64,000 nucleotides of DNA, taken from positions 2,208,001-2,272,000 of the forward strand of contig OZ219802.1 of NCBI GenBank assembly GCA_964291655.2. Direction: 5' to 3'. The notes below the pieces were generated by a model, which was not told the DNA's origin, made no database searches, and worked only from the letters and a program-made list of their open reading frames with translations. Position numbers and translations under genes: made by a program. How positions within the stretch are numbered: position 1 is the first letter of the stretch; every line of letters begins with the position of its first letter. This stretch comes from Chloroflexota bacterium. Lineage in GTDB: Bacteria > Chloroflexota > UBA11872 > VXOZ01. Shown here in pieces: positions 9,937 through 19,601 of this stretch.

Positions 9937-10419
9937 CTACGGGGTGGGAGAGTCTTTCATAGCGTCATAGTTGGCGAGTATTTTGGTGGTGGTGGACTCC
10001 AAAACGCGCAGTTCTTCTGTGCTAACGCCATCTACAAGCTTGGCGTAGTACTCGCGCATGCGCTCATGGAGGCGCTGCGCCAGTTCGCTCCCCTCTTCAG
10101 TTAGCGATAGCATTACGGTGCGCCGATCGCTGCGCAGCCGTCGCCTACGCAGCATTCCCATATCGACCAGCGTGTTCACGACGCGGCTTATGCGGGAAGC
10201 ATCCACGGGGAGCACGCTCGCCAGTTCCGTTGCAGTGCACTCGTTTCGCTGAATACACGCATTCAGGAGGGAGAATTCCACGTGGTTGAGGCCGAAGGGC
10301 GCCGCCTCTTCCATCATTCCTTTGAAGATCGCGGTCTCCAGCCTGATCACACAGGCCTCTAAGTCCACTGCCGACTCGCGCACCGAGTCGTTTTGGAACT
10401 CTTGGTTCTCAGTGGTCAT
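9937..10419 (-). CDS. MarR-family transcriptional regulator
   Basis: TATELA...VDASRISRVVNTL..DRRTVMLSLTEEG winged helix. Confidence 0.9.
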   Translation of the reverse strand: MTTENQEFQNDSVRESAVDLEACVIRLETAIFKGMMEEAAPFGLNHVEFSLLNACIQRNECTATELASVLPVDASRISRVVNTLVDMGMLRRRRLRSDRRTVMLSLTEEGSELAQRLHERMREYYAKLVDGVSTEELRVLESTTTKILANYDAMKDSPTP

Positions 10420-10769
10420 GCATTACTTTTCTTAGCAAATATTGCGTCTGAAAAAATCGAAGCGTTTTTTTGATTGTACTCCTCAGAGAGCCTTGCCGCA
10501 ACTTATCATCAAGCGTCTCCCTTCGTGTGTCCGATCGTGGCCGTAGATACAGGCGCTGCCGGATACTGTTATGCGGATTTTCTGGGTCTGGGAGCGAGCT
10601 TCCGACTTCCACGCTTTGCGCGCGCATACACTAACTTCGCAGGCGGGATTGGCAATACGCACACCTACACCAGCGACGAGGTTCGGTGCGCCAAACGAGC
10701 GTCGCGGGTAGTGCGATCTAGGCTAAACACGCGACGTTAGCGACTGGTAGCGGAGGCATGAACGGCGCG

Positions 10770-11603
10770 TTAATCGAGAGCGGCGAGTACGGTTACTCGG
10801 AGCACACCCAAAGCTGGGTCCGGCTCGACCGTAGCCTTCACCCGGAAGACGTCCGCAAGGTTTTCTGCGGTGAGCACGTCGCTCACAGGGCCGCGCGCGT
10901 GCGCCTTGCCGCGGTGTAGCAACATCAGGCGGTCGCAAAAGCGCGCGGCAAGGTTGAGGTCATGCACCACGGCAACGGCCGTGAGGCCCTGGCGCACCAG
11001 GCTGCGGATCAGCGTAAAAACCTGAAGTTGGTGCTGCACGTCGAGGCCCGCCGTCGGTTCGTCCAGTAAGAGCAGCCGCGGTTGTTGGGTGAGCGCCCGC
11101 GCCAGGAGCACGCGCTGGCGCTCGCCGGCGGATACCTCGGTGATGAGGCGCGTTACGAACTCTTCGGTCTCGGTGTCCTTCATGCGTTGCCTGGCAAGGT
11201 CACGATCATGCGCGCCTTCGGTTTGAAAACGGCCCAGATGTGGGTTTCTCCCCATCAGGACTACCTCCAAGCACGAGAATGCAAAGTTAAGCGTGGTGCT
11301 CTGCGGCAGCAGCGCGATGTGCCGCGCAATCTCTTGGGGCGACTGGCGCCGCAAGTCGACGCCATCCAAGCACACCCGGCCGGTAGCGGGCGAGAGGAGC
11401 TGGCTAATGCACCTCAGCAGGGTGGACTTGCCGGCCCCGTTGGGCCCAATGAGGCCAAGCAAGCTCCCACTGCGCACCTCCAGGGAAACCGCTTCCAGCA
11501 ACTGCGTCATGCCCACGGCAAAGGAAACGTCATGCGCGGCGAGTTCGGCGCCTTCGATGCGTCGGGAATCTGTGATTCCCGCGGAATCAGAGGACGTACT
11601 CAC
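10770..11603 (-). CDS. Cobalamin/Fe-siderophore ABC transporter ATPase
   Basis: GPNGAGKST, VSAGERQR, LLLDEPT, VHDLNLAARFCD. Confidence 0.9.
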   Translation of the reverse strand: MSTSSDSAGITDSRRIEGAELAAHDVSFAVGMTQLLEAVSLEVRSGSLLGLIGPNGAGKSTLLRCISQLLSPATGRVCLDGVDLRRQSPQEIARHIALLPQSTTLNFAFSCLEVVLMGRNPHLGRFQTEGAHDRDLARQRMKDTETEEFVTRLITEVSAGERQRVLLARALTQQPRLLLLDEPTAGLDVQHQLQVFTLIRSLVRQGLTAVAVVHDLNLAARFCDRLMLLHRGKAHARGPVSDVLTAENLADVFRVKATVEPDPALGVLRVTVLAALD

Positions 11604-12718
11604 AGGATATTGCCCTGTCGTTTACTGCGGTACAGCAGGTAGAGGAAGAAGGGCGCGCCAAAGAAGGCGGTGATGAGTCCCACCCGCAACTCCTGGGGAC
11701 GCAAGAGCAGACGCGACCCAAAATCCGCCCACGTGAGCAGCACGGCTCCCGTCAGGAGACTTGTCGGCAGTACAATGCGGTGATCGGGGCCTACAATTAG
11801 GCGCACCATGTGCGGTACAACCAGGCCGACAAAGCCGATAATCCCGCTCACCGCCACGGCAACCGCCGTGATGAGGGCTGCCAGCGTGAGCATGATCAAC
11901 CGGACGCGCCGCACGTCTACCCCCATGCTCCGCGCGGTGTCCTCTCCCAATGACATCAAGTTAAGGTCTCGGGCAAAGAAGAGTAAGAGGAGGCTGCCTA
12001 CCACAATAAATGGAAGAATGAGTTGCACGTGCGTCCAGCTACGGGCGCCGAGACTGCCGGTGAGCCAAAACACGATCTCGCGCATGGAATTGACGTTGGC
12101 CGTAAGCGTAAGCACAGCTGAAATGATGGAACCGATGAAGGCTTGCACCGCGACGCCGGCGAGGATCATCGTCGTCAGTGGGTCCACACCACGTGTTGCG
12201 GCCAACACGTAGACTAGCATCACGGCAGCCAAGGCTCCCAAGAAGGCAAGTGCCGGCGTGGCCAGGTAGTGGACGCTGCGTATGCCAAAATGAATGGCGA
12301 TCACCGCCCCCAGCGCTCCGCCGGCCGACACCCCGATGATGCCGGGATCGGCGAGGGGATTGCGGAAGATGCCCTGCATGGTCGCTCCCGCCAACGCCAG
12401 TGCCGCCCCCACCAGGGCCGCCGTCAGCACGCGCGGCAGGCGCACGTGACTGATGACGCTCCATTGCACGTCGGTGGCAGTCGCGCCGAGCGGAATGCCC
12501 ATCTGCTGCAAGACGATCGATGCGGTTACGCCCAACGGCACGTCTACGGCGCCAATTGCCATGGTCACGACAAATGATATAAAGAGCAGCAGCGCGAGCA
12601 TTCCCAGCGCTAAGGCGAGTCTCAGCGCTAGTGGGGCTTCAACATCCAGTGTCCGCCGCAGCAAATTCGAGTTAGTCCGCGTCTTTGACGGGGTCGGTGC
12701 CTTTGACGAATTCTGCAC
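11600..12718 (-). CDS. FecCD/BtuC-family permease
   Basis: RLPRV, FRNPLADPGIIGVSAG, GIIGFVGLVVPH. Confidence 0.92.
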   Translation of the reverse strand: MQNSSKAPTPSKTRTNSNLLRRTLDVEAPLALRLALALGMLALLLFISFVVTMAIGAVDVPLGVTASIVLQQMGIPLGATATDVQWSVISHVRLPRVLTAALVGAALALAGATMQGIFRNPLADPGIIGVSAGGALGAVIAIHFGIRSVHYLATPALAFLGALAAVMLVYVLAATRGVDPLTTMILAGVAVQAFIGSIISAVLTLTANVNSMREIVFWLTGSLGARSWTHVQLILPFIVVGSLLLLFFARDLNLMSLGEDTARSMGVDVRRVRLIMLTLAALITAVAVAVSGIIGFVGLVVPHMVRLIVGPDHRIVLPTSLLTGAVLLTWADFGSRLLLRPQELRVGLITAFFGAPFFLYLLYRSKRQGNIL

Positions 12719-12944
12719 GAAAGTGGGAGCTATCCTTAGCTAGGTTCCATGGCAAAACATGTTGAGTTCTCTAGGTCAGTGTAGCCAATGTTGTCTCACA
12801 AACACTACCGAGGCGAAACTAGCGCGACAAATCGAGCGCTACCCCCCCTCTCACGGTAGCCCAGGTTTCCAGCCCGCGCCACCTGGTGGAGGGGCAGCCC
12901 TTGTGGCTGCCCCTTTTGCTTGCAGCGTGGGCAACCACGAGGGT

Positions 12945-13185
12945 CAATGCTGTCGCGCAAAACCCGATGGGTCCCGTCCTCCCCGTTCGTGCTGAGGGCT
13001 TCGCGCAGCCCCTGTCGAAGTATGAACGGGGAGGAGACCGCCACAACCGTTACTCCGTTTCCTTCCCCATTCACCCTTCGACAAGCTCAGGGCGAACGGA
13101 TCTGCCACGCCCGCTTCCATTCCATCTCCCACTTTCAAGATTGGAGGACGAACGGCATGCGCTAAGAGTGAATGCGACAACATTG
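12945..13185. mobile_element. IS4-like MITE (241 bp) carrying an internal CCCTTCGACAAGCTCAGG REP pair
   Basis: TIRs CAATGCTGTCGC / GCGACAACATTG; 11-bp DR ACCACGAGGGT / ACCACAAGGGT (1 mismatch). Confidence 0.75.
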
Positions 13186-13254
13186 ACCACAAGGGTTGCC
13201 CCGACATTACTATGTTGGGCCGTGAGGCCAACCCATCCGGCGCCGAAGCCAATT

Positions 13255-14262
13255 TCACTGCACGAGATCGGGATGAAGCAGCTTCGCCACGTCGAAAACG
13301 CCTTCCACAATATAGTGCGACAGCGTCGACAAATGGCGCGCCGGCACGGTGTAAATGTGGCCGTTCTTTTTCGCGTTCACGTTTGCCAGAGCGGGATGAT
13401 TGCTGAAGTTCTCCTGCCACTTGGCATTGTCTTCCGGCGCGAATTCGTCGGTAATTATCACGTCGGGATTGAGTTCCACGATCTTCTCCAGCGATATCTC
13501 GCCAAAAGGACCGTCCAGCACCTCATCGCCGAGGTTGATACCGCCGGCGCGCTGCACGATATCGCTAAAGGTCGAGCCCTTGCCGGCGGAACTGCCAAAG
13601 GCCGTGTAGAACAGGACCCGGGGCTTGGTCTCCGCCTTGGCTACCTGTGCCTCAATTGCCGCCAGCCGCTCTTCCATGGCGGCGATCAGTTCCTCGGCGC
13701 GCTCCTCGTCACCGGTGAGATGCGCGACAAAACGAATGTTGTCCGCCACTTGACCAACCGAATCGAAGAGCGACACCACCACGACCGGAATCCCGGCGTC
13801 CCTCAGCAACTTTATATGGTCGGGGTTGTTATATGTAGCTGCCAAGACGAGGTCCGGTTCCAGGGCGATGATCTGCTCCGGATCGGACTGCACGGTGTTC
13901 TCGACCTGCTGGGCAATTTCGCTCACGTTCGTCCACATCGAGTCTCCGGCCAGATAGGTCACACCACGTACGCGTGCCGTATCCACAAGCGAGAGCAGGA
14001 TTTCGTCTGTGCCCAAGGTGAGTGAAACTATACGTTGTGGCTGCTGGGGGATGGTTACCTCGTTCCCCAAACCATCCGTGATCGTGCGCGGAAAGCCCTG
14101 GCTGTCCGCGGATGTTGTTTCTGCCGCGGCGGGCGCGGTTCCCTGCTCCCCTGGCGCGGCAACCGGTTGCACGGCGCAACCGGCCAAGAATACCGCCAAA
14201 GCGATGAGCAGACTGAACAGCGAGCGTCGGGTACGCCCTTGCGTGCGCGTACGTGAATCCAT
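13255..14262 (-). CDS. BtuF/FhuD-type periplasmic binding lipoprotein
   Basis: Lipobox LAGC, FPRTITDGLG, PQRIVSL, EQIIALEPDLV; GAGGAGG RBS. Confidence 0.9.
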   Translation of the reverse strand: MDSRTRTQGRTRRSLFSLLIALAVFLAGCAVQPVAAPGEQGTAPAAAETTSADSQGFPRTITDGLGNEVTIPQQPQRIVSLTLGTDEILLSLVDTARVRGVTYLAGDSMWTNVSEIAQQVENTVQSDPEQIIALEPDLVLAATYNNPDHIKLLRDAGIPVVVVSLFDSVGQVADNIRFVAHLTGDEERAEELIAAMEERLAAIEAQVAKAETKPRVLFYTAFGSSAGKGSTFSDIVQRAGGINLGDEVLDGPFGEISLEKIVELNPDVIITDEFAPEDNAKWQENFSNHPALANVNAKKNGHIYTVPARHLSTLSHYIVEGVFDVAKLLHPDLVQ

Positions 14263-14414
14263 GGAATCCCTTCCTCCTCGTGGGGACTGCAGCAAAGCGG
14301 CACTGCCACCGTGCAGGAGAGAGCAAGCCGCCGAGAACGGCAGACGGTAAGAAGACCGAAAGGTCGTTCTGAACGAAAGGGGCAGTTGCGCCAGAGCGGG
14401 TCCGGCCCAACCGG

Positions 14415-14488
14415 CCTCCCTGGGGCGACTCGAACGCCCGACACGCAGTTTAGGAAACTGCTGCTCTATCCAACTGAGCTACAGGGAG
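14415..14488 (-). tRNA. tRNA-Arg (anticodon CCT)
   Basis: Reverse complement CTCCCTGTAGCTCAGTTGGATAGAGCAGCAGTTTCCTAAACTGCGTGTCGGGCGTTCGAGTCGCCCCAGGGAGG folds into a cloverleaf; CCA not fully encoded. Confidence 0.95.
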
Positions 14489-14561
14489 TTATGTATACGC
14501 ATACCAGAGTGTCTCTGTCCATTATGCCGTAGCCACCTCATCCCTGCATGACAGTCACCAC

Positions 14562-14608
14562 ATACTATATATTGTGTAGAGGAGAGTCTAAAACACAATA
14601 TATTGCTC
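14562..14608. promoter_or_regulatory. Tandem NrdR-like boxes
   Basis: ATACTATATATTGTGT (14562) and ACACAATATATTGCTC (14593) match acaCwAtATaTwGtgt; 31-bp spacing. Confidence 0.7.
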
Positions 14609-14614
14609 TGTCAA
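14585..14614 (-). promoter_or_regulatory. Minus-strand sigma70-like promoter overlapping NrdR box 2
   Basis: TTGACA-18 bp-TAGACT on the minus strand. Confidence 0.5.
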
Positions 14615-14736
14615 GGGAATCCAGCGTCTATAGTGCCTTTTTTTGGGATATCCCCATCAGGTACTCCTCCCTGCTTGGCCGAGGCCTGGCGATGAAACAC
14701 AGGAGGCCAAGCAGCCAGGCCGGTCGTAACCGCAAA

Positions 14737-14776
14737 GAAGACGTAGGGGCACGATATATCGTGCCCCTACGTCTTC
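14737..14776. repeat. GTAG-type REP palindrome (family B), extended
   Basis: Perfect 40-bp palindrome GAAGACGTAGGGGCACGATATATCGTGCCCCTACGTCTTC. Confidence 0.85.
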
Positions 14777-14816
14777 GAAGAAACCCTGTCTTCAAGAAGC
14801 CATAAGCAAGGAGAAG

Positions 14817-14844
14817 CTGGAATCAGCATCCATGCTGATTCCAG
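14817..14844. terminator. 13-bp inverted repeat downstream of the transhydrogenase gene (terminator or REP)
   Basis: CTGGAATCAGCAT-CC-ATGCTGATTCCAG. Confidence 0.4.
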
Positions 14845-14917
14845 GAGAGCGCCAGTGTCGAAACGCGGTTGCGTCAATATTCGCGCGAACGAGGAAAGCG
14901 GCAAGAGGGGACTGTAC

Positions 14918-16195
14918 TCACCAATACCGCATGGCGTCCTCGAACATGCGCGCCAGGTCGTCCGCCGTTGCTTGGCGCGGCGAGAGCTTGGTGACGCGGT
15001 GCTGTGGCAATGTGCCTTCCACCAGCGCTGGGATGTCCTCGGTGGTGTACCCGACGGCGCTGAGGCCGTTTGGCACCTGGAGTACTTGCATGAGTTCGAT
15101 CAGCCGGTCGGCGAGGACTTTGCCGGCGTCTTTTGGCATCACCCCACACACGTTTGCGCCCAGCAGTTCAGCCGCGCGAGTGTGGCGCGTCGGCCCCGCC
15201 GCCGCCGTGAAGCGGAAGACGGCCGGCGCATTCAGAATAACGGCCATGCCGTGGGGCACGATGGGCTGGTCGCCCGCGTAGCCGGCCGGGTGATAATCAC
15301 GCACCATGCCAGCGACGGGATAGGACATGCCGTGGGGCAGGTGCACGCCCGCGTTGCCGAAGCCGATACCCGCAAAGGACGCCGCCAGCAGCATTTTTTC
15401 GCGGGCCTCTCTGTCTTCCGGGTCCGCCATCGCCCGCGGCAGGTACTCCGCCACCATCTCGAGCGTCTGGCCGGACCACAAGTCGCTCACGGGATTAGAC
15501 CCCTGGTACGCCGGTCGCAGGATGGGTCGATCGGGATACGGCCGCAAGGTGTAGGCAATTGCTGTAAAGGACTCCAAGGCGTGGCTGAGCACGTCGCAGC
15601 CGGTAGAAGCAACTGCCGTGGGCGAAAGGGTGGCGGTGTTTTCCGGATCGATGATGCCGAGCATGGGCTTGAGATTGCGGTGGGAGATGCCGGTCTTGGC
15701 GTGCATCGCGACGAGATCGAAGATGGCGGTGCCGGTAGTCTCGCTGCCGGTGCCGGCGGTGGTCGGTATCGCGATCAGCGGCTTCAGTGGTCCGGGGACC
15801 GGCAGCCCCTTGCCGATGGGGGCGTTAACGTAGTCGAGAAAGTCGGCCGGATAAGTGGCGTAGAGATTGGCCGCTTTCGCCGTATCGATCGTCGAGCCGC
15901 CGCCCACCGCGACGAACGAGTCTACCTCTTCCTCGACGGCAAACGCTATAGCCTCTTGAAACGATGTATCGGTCGGCTCTATCTGGACTTGATCAAAGAG
16001 CACGTACGGTACGCGAGCCTCCTCGAGGGCAGCCAGCACTGTCACGACCGGCGGCAGTTGCCGCAAGACCGGGTCCGTGACCACCATCACGCGCTTAACG
16101 CCGAGCTCCGCCAGGTCCAATCCCACTTCGCGGGTGACACCCCAGCCGAAGCGGATGCTGGAAGCCGCCATTTCAAAGGCGATGTCTTGTTCCAT
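14918..16195 (-). CDS. Hydroxyacid-oxoacid transhydrogenase (iron-containing ADH family)
   Basis: AFEMAASSIRFG, GGGSTIDTAK, PTTAGTGSET, RPAYQGSNP, GNAGVHLPHGMSYPV. Confidence 0.9.
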   Translation of the reverse strand: MEQDIAFEMAASSIRFGWGVTREVGLDLAELGVKRVMVVTDPVLRQLPPVVTVLAALEEARVPYVLFDQVQIEPTDTSFQEAIAFAVEEEVDSFVAVGGGSTIDTAKAANLYATYPADFLDYVNAPIGKGLPVPGPLKPLIAIPTTAGTGSETTGTAIFDLVAMHAKTGISHRNLKPMLGIIDPENTATLSPTAVASTGCDVLSHALESFTAIAYTLRPYPDRPILRPAYQGSNPVSDLWSGQTLEMVAEYLPRAMADPEDREAREKMLLAASFAGIGFGNAGVHLPHGMSYPVAGMVRDYHPAGYAGDQPIVPHGMAVILNAPAVFRFTAAAGPTRHTRAAELLGANVCGVMPKDAGKVLADRLIELMQVLQVPNGLSAVGYTTEDIPALVEGTLPQHRVTKLSPRQATADDLARMFEDAMRYW

Positions 16196-16658
16196 TACTT
16201 TGCTCCTTAGTGTTTGATCAAGAGCCTTGTGCGCAGGAAGTCCGTACCCGCGCAAACCGGCTCACTTCGTGCCAAGCGTGACGCTCGTGGCCACGCTGCC
16301 GGACCGTCGTTGCTACTTTCGTTTGTTGGGCTGGTTCTGTCGGCTCACCCTTAGCGTCAGAATACTATGTTCACGCAGGCGATGCTCACAGCAGCCGAGA
16401 GTGCCCAGCCTCCAGAGCGGTTGCGCCACGCCGTTTGGAAGCTAGCTGCCGGACCCTGAAACAATGCCGGACGTGTGGATGGTAGCGACGCCTGGAGTAC
16501 GCGCGACGACGGTAACGGTGTTACGTGGGGAAGAGTTCCGGCGGTCTCGCACACGGGCCGCAGGGGGCTGCAGCGGTTGGAGTATGGCGATACAGCGGCT
16601 ATAATGCCCGTTGTGTAAGTGCTGCCCAAATCACTCAATGAGATGAGGAGTCCCCATC

Positions 16659-17051
16659 ATGAAGAAAGAACCCCTACTCGGCGCGGGCATGTCCCAGCCG
16701 TCCGCCCCCTACTCCATGGCCCTGCGCGTGCAAGCCAACGAGATGCTCTACATTGCCGGTCAAGGGCCGACGGCCGGCGACGGCAGTATTGTCGGCGCGG
16801 GCGACATCGAAGCCCAGGTGCGCCAGGTCTTTGCCAACATCGAGTCTCTCTTGGAGGCCGCCGGCGCGGACTTCAACAATGTCGTCTTCATGAATATGTA
16901 CGTCACTGATATCCGTTTCCGCGAGACCATCACCCTGGTCCGCAACGAAATCCTCGAGCCGCCCTTCCCCGCCGCCACCATGGTACAAATCGGCTCCCTG
17001 GCGTCCACCGACTGGCTGGTGGAGATCGACGCGGTAGCCGCGCTGGACTAA
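16659..17051 (+). CDS. RidA/YjgF-family protein
   Basis: APYS, LYIAGQ, FPAATMVQI, LVEIDAVA; GAGGAG RBS. Confidence 0.88.
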   Translation: MKKEPLLGAGMSQPSAPYSMALRVQANEMLYIAGQGPTAGDGSIVGAGDIEAQVRQVFANIESLLEAAGADFNNVVFMNMYVTDIRFRETITLVRNEILEPPFPAATMVQIGSLASTDWLVEIDAVAALD

Positions 17052-17220
17052 CTGCTTCACAGTCTTGAAAGATTAGGGTCTGCAAGAATGTGTGGACAAC
17101 GGAGCAACGAGAGGTTGGCTGACCGCGCATGCTTTGCGTGATTGCCCCACTCACTTGACAGAAGAGCTCAAGCAGCCTAGTCTGAGCACTAGTCAGTAGT
17201 GTTATTGGTGGGAGCAAGAC

Positions 17221-17481
17221 ATGAGCAAGAAGTGGCCGGTTCAAGATGCCAAATCAAGATTCAGCGAGCTCATCGAAACCGTCCTCGCCGAGGGACCGCA
17301 AATCGTCACCAGGCGTGGGGTGGAAACCGCAGTGATCCTTCCCATTGAGCAATGGCGAAGGTTGGAGTCGATGACGAGACCGGACTTGAAGGAACTCCTG
17401 CTCGCGAGTGAGGCGCGGACTGAAAACCTCACGCCGCCACGGCGACAGCATCGCCACCGACCACCCTTGGTCATGGAATAG
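17221..17481 (+). CDS. Phd/YefM-family antitoxin
   Basis: WPVQDAKSRFSELIE...GPQIVTRRG. Confidence 0.9.
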   Translation: MSKKWPVQDAKSRFSELIETVLAEGPQIVTRRGVETAVILPIEQWRRLESMTRPDLKELLLASEARTENLTPPRRQHRHRPPLVME

Positions 17482-17485
17482 GCCC

Positions 17486-17908
17486 GTGTACCTCCTCGAT
17501 ACCAACGTGGTCTCCGAACTGCGGCGCCCGCGTCCACATGGCGCAGTATTGGATTGGATAATTGCTGTACCGGCTGAGCAACTCTTCGTGTCTGCCGTGA
17601 CAGTTGGGGAAATTCAGGCGGGGATCGAGATTACCCGTGAGCAGGATGAGGTGAAGGCGGAAGAGTTGGAAGCCTGGCTGGACAAGGTTCTCGCCTCCTA
17701 TGCCGTTTTGCCAATGGACGCGCCCGCCTTCAGGGAGTGGGCACGGATCATGCACCGGAGATCGCACACGTTGGCTGAAGACGCCATGATCGCGGCAGTC
17801 GCCAGAGTACACCGGCTGACGGTGGTCACCCGGAATGTGGGCGACTTCTCCCAGCTTGGGGTTGAGTTGCAGAATCCTTTTGACACCAGTAGTCCTCACC
17901 TTCAGTGA
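17486..17908 (+). CDS. vapC: PIN-domain toxin VapC
   Basis: YLLDTNVVSEL, EDAMIAA, VTRNVGDF; directly follows the antitoxin. Confidence 0.9.
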   Translation: MYLLDTNVVSELRRPRPHGAVLDWIIAVPAEQLFVSAVTVGEIQAGIEITREQDEVKAEELEAWLDKVLASYAVLPMDAPAFREWARIMHRRSHTLAEDAMIAAVARVHRLTVVTRNVGDFSQLGVELQNPFDTSSPHLQ

Positions 17909-18123
17909 GCAGATTGGACCTAATTGTCTCCGGGCGCAACCCTTCGGGTAGTGGGCGGTATCGATCTTGTGGTTGCGCCAGCGTGCCAGGCCAGTCTTGG
18001 TCCAGCGACGTGCAAATATAGAGCCACGCGGCCGCCGCAGATGGTCACGCTGCAGCCACGGTTATCACGCGTGTATAGTTAGCTTCGGATGAGCCGCCGG
18101 CGTCGAACGCTCAACCCTCGTGT

Positions 18124-19395
18124 TTGCAACCTCGTTTAGCTGCTGCAGAGCAATTCCTCGTGAACCACGTTTCCACAAACGCTTTTCCCGGACGTATTGC
18201 CGTTTTCGCGGTGATCGTGGCGGCGTGTTTGATCTCGCTGATTGGATTCGGCATCCGGTCGAGTTTTGGGCTCTATCTGGAGCCGATTACGAGCGAGCGC
18301 GGCTGGTCGCGGGAGACCTTTGCCCTGGCGCTGGCGATTCAGAATCTTTTGTGGGGCATGGGTGTGCCGGTGGCGGGCGCGATTGCGGACCGGTACGGCA
18401 CGTCCAAGGTCGTCGCGCTGGGGGCGGTGGCGTATGCAGCCGGTGTGGCCGGCATGGCGCTGGCCGACAGTGGGCCTACGCTCTATCTGGTCGGCGGGAT
18501 TCTGGTGGGCGTGGGCGTCGCCTTCAGTTCGTTTTCTCTCGTGCTGGCGGCTATTGCCCGCGTGATCGGACCGGAACGGCGGTCCTTGGCATTGGGGCTC
18601 GGCACTGCCGCGGGGTCCATGGGCCAGGTGCTCTTTTCTCCCATCAATCAGATATTGATCGCCAACTACGGCTGGTTTGACTCCCTTTTGGTCATGTCTG
18701 TCGTGGCCTTGGTGCTGGTGCCGCTGGCGTTCACCCTGCCGCGCGGCACGACAGCGCAAGGAGAACCGGCTTCAAATCAGGGCCTGACCGCAGCCCTGGG
18801 CGAGGCGCTCAGCCAGCGGAACTATCTACTCCTCACGGCGGGCTTTTTCGTGTGCGGGTTTCACGTAGCGTTCATCACCGCCCATTTCCCCACGTACGTG
18901 ACCGATCTCGGCCTCTCGGCGCGGGCTGGGGCCTACGCACTTTCTCTCGTAGGACTCTTCAACATCTGCGGTTCGCTGCTATCCGGCGCGTTTGGGCAAC
19001 GGTACTCCAAGAAGTACGGCCTTTCGGCCATCTATGCCGGTCGGGCGGTGATCATCTTGGCTTTGCTGCTCGCCCCGGCCAACGAACTGACCGTCTACCT
19101 CTTTGCTGCGGCGATGGGACTGCTGTGGCTCTCTACGGTGCCGCTGACCACGGGAATCGTGGCGCAGATGTTCGGGCTCAAGTTTATGGCCACGCTATTC
19201 GGCATCGTCTTTCTGAGCCATCAGGTTGGCAGCTTTCTCGGGGTGTGGTTGGGCGGGTTGCTCTACGACCAGACCGGCTCCTACGACGCCATGTGGTGGG
19301 CGGGCGTCGGCTTTGGCATATTCGCCGCTCTCGTCCACCTGCCGATCAACGACGCACCGCTGGCCCGGCTGCGCACTGCACAGGCCGGAGGATAG
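18124..19395 (+). CDS. MFS transporter (start may be GTG 18160)
   Basis: About 12 TM helices, GAIADRYG, FFVCGFHVAF, HQVGSFLG. Confidence 0.9.
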   Translation: MQPRLAAAEQFLVNHVSTNAFPGRIAVFAVIVAACLISLIGFGIRSSFGLYLEPITSERGWSRETFALALAIQNLLWGMGVPVAGAIADRYGTSKVVALGAVAYAAGVAGMALADSGPTLYLVGGILVGVGVAFSSFSLVLAAIARVIGPERRSLALGLGTAAGSMGQVLFSPINQILIANYGWFDSLLVMSVVALVLVPLAFTLPRGTTAQGEPASNQGLTAALGEALSQRNYLLLTAGFFVCGFHVAFITAHFPTYVTDLGLSARAGAYALSLVGLFNICGSLLSGAFGQRYSKKYGLSAIYAGRAVIILALLLAPANELTVYLFAAAMGLLWLSTVPLTTGIVAQMFGLKFMATLFGIVFLSHQVGSFLGVWLGGLLYDQTGSYDAMWWAGVGFGIFAALVHLPINDAPLARLRTAQAGG

Positions 19396-19601
19396 CCGAC
19401 ACGGCGGACGTTTTGCTTGAAATGGTCCGCTAATCGGAAGCGCCAGGAGTTGAGAAAAGCTCGTATACAGTGCGTAAGGGCCATGAAAGCTAAGAAAAGG
19501 ATCCAATCCGCGTTTGAGGCTAGTGGGATTGGCAGTTATCACCGCAGATAGAGCAGTGCGAAGCATTTACTAAATGGGTGCTGCAGTACTTGAGAGAGAC
19601 A

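Noticed and set aside
14280-14412. Cobalamin riboswitch upstream of the BtuF-like gene
   Set aside because: Only a GCAACTGCCCC fragment is seen; no B12 box or GGGAA elements are recognisable. An Infernal search would settle it
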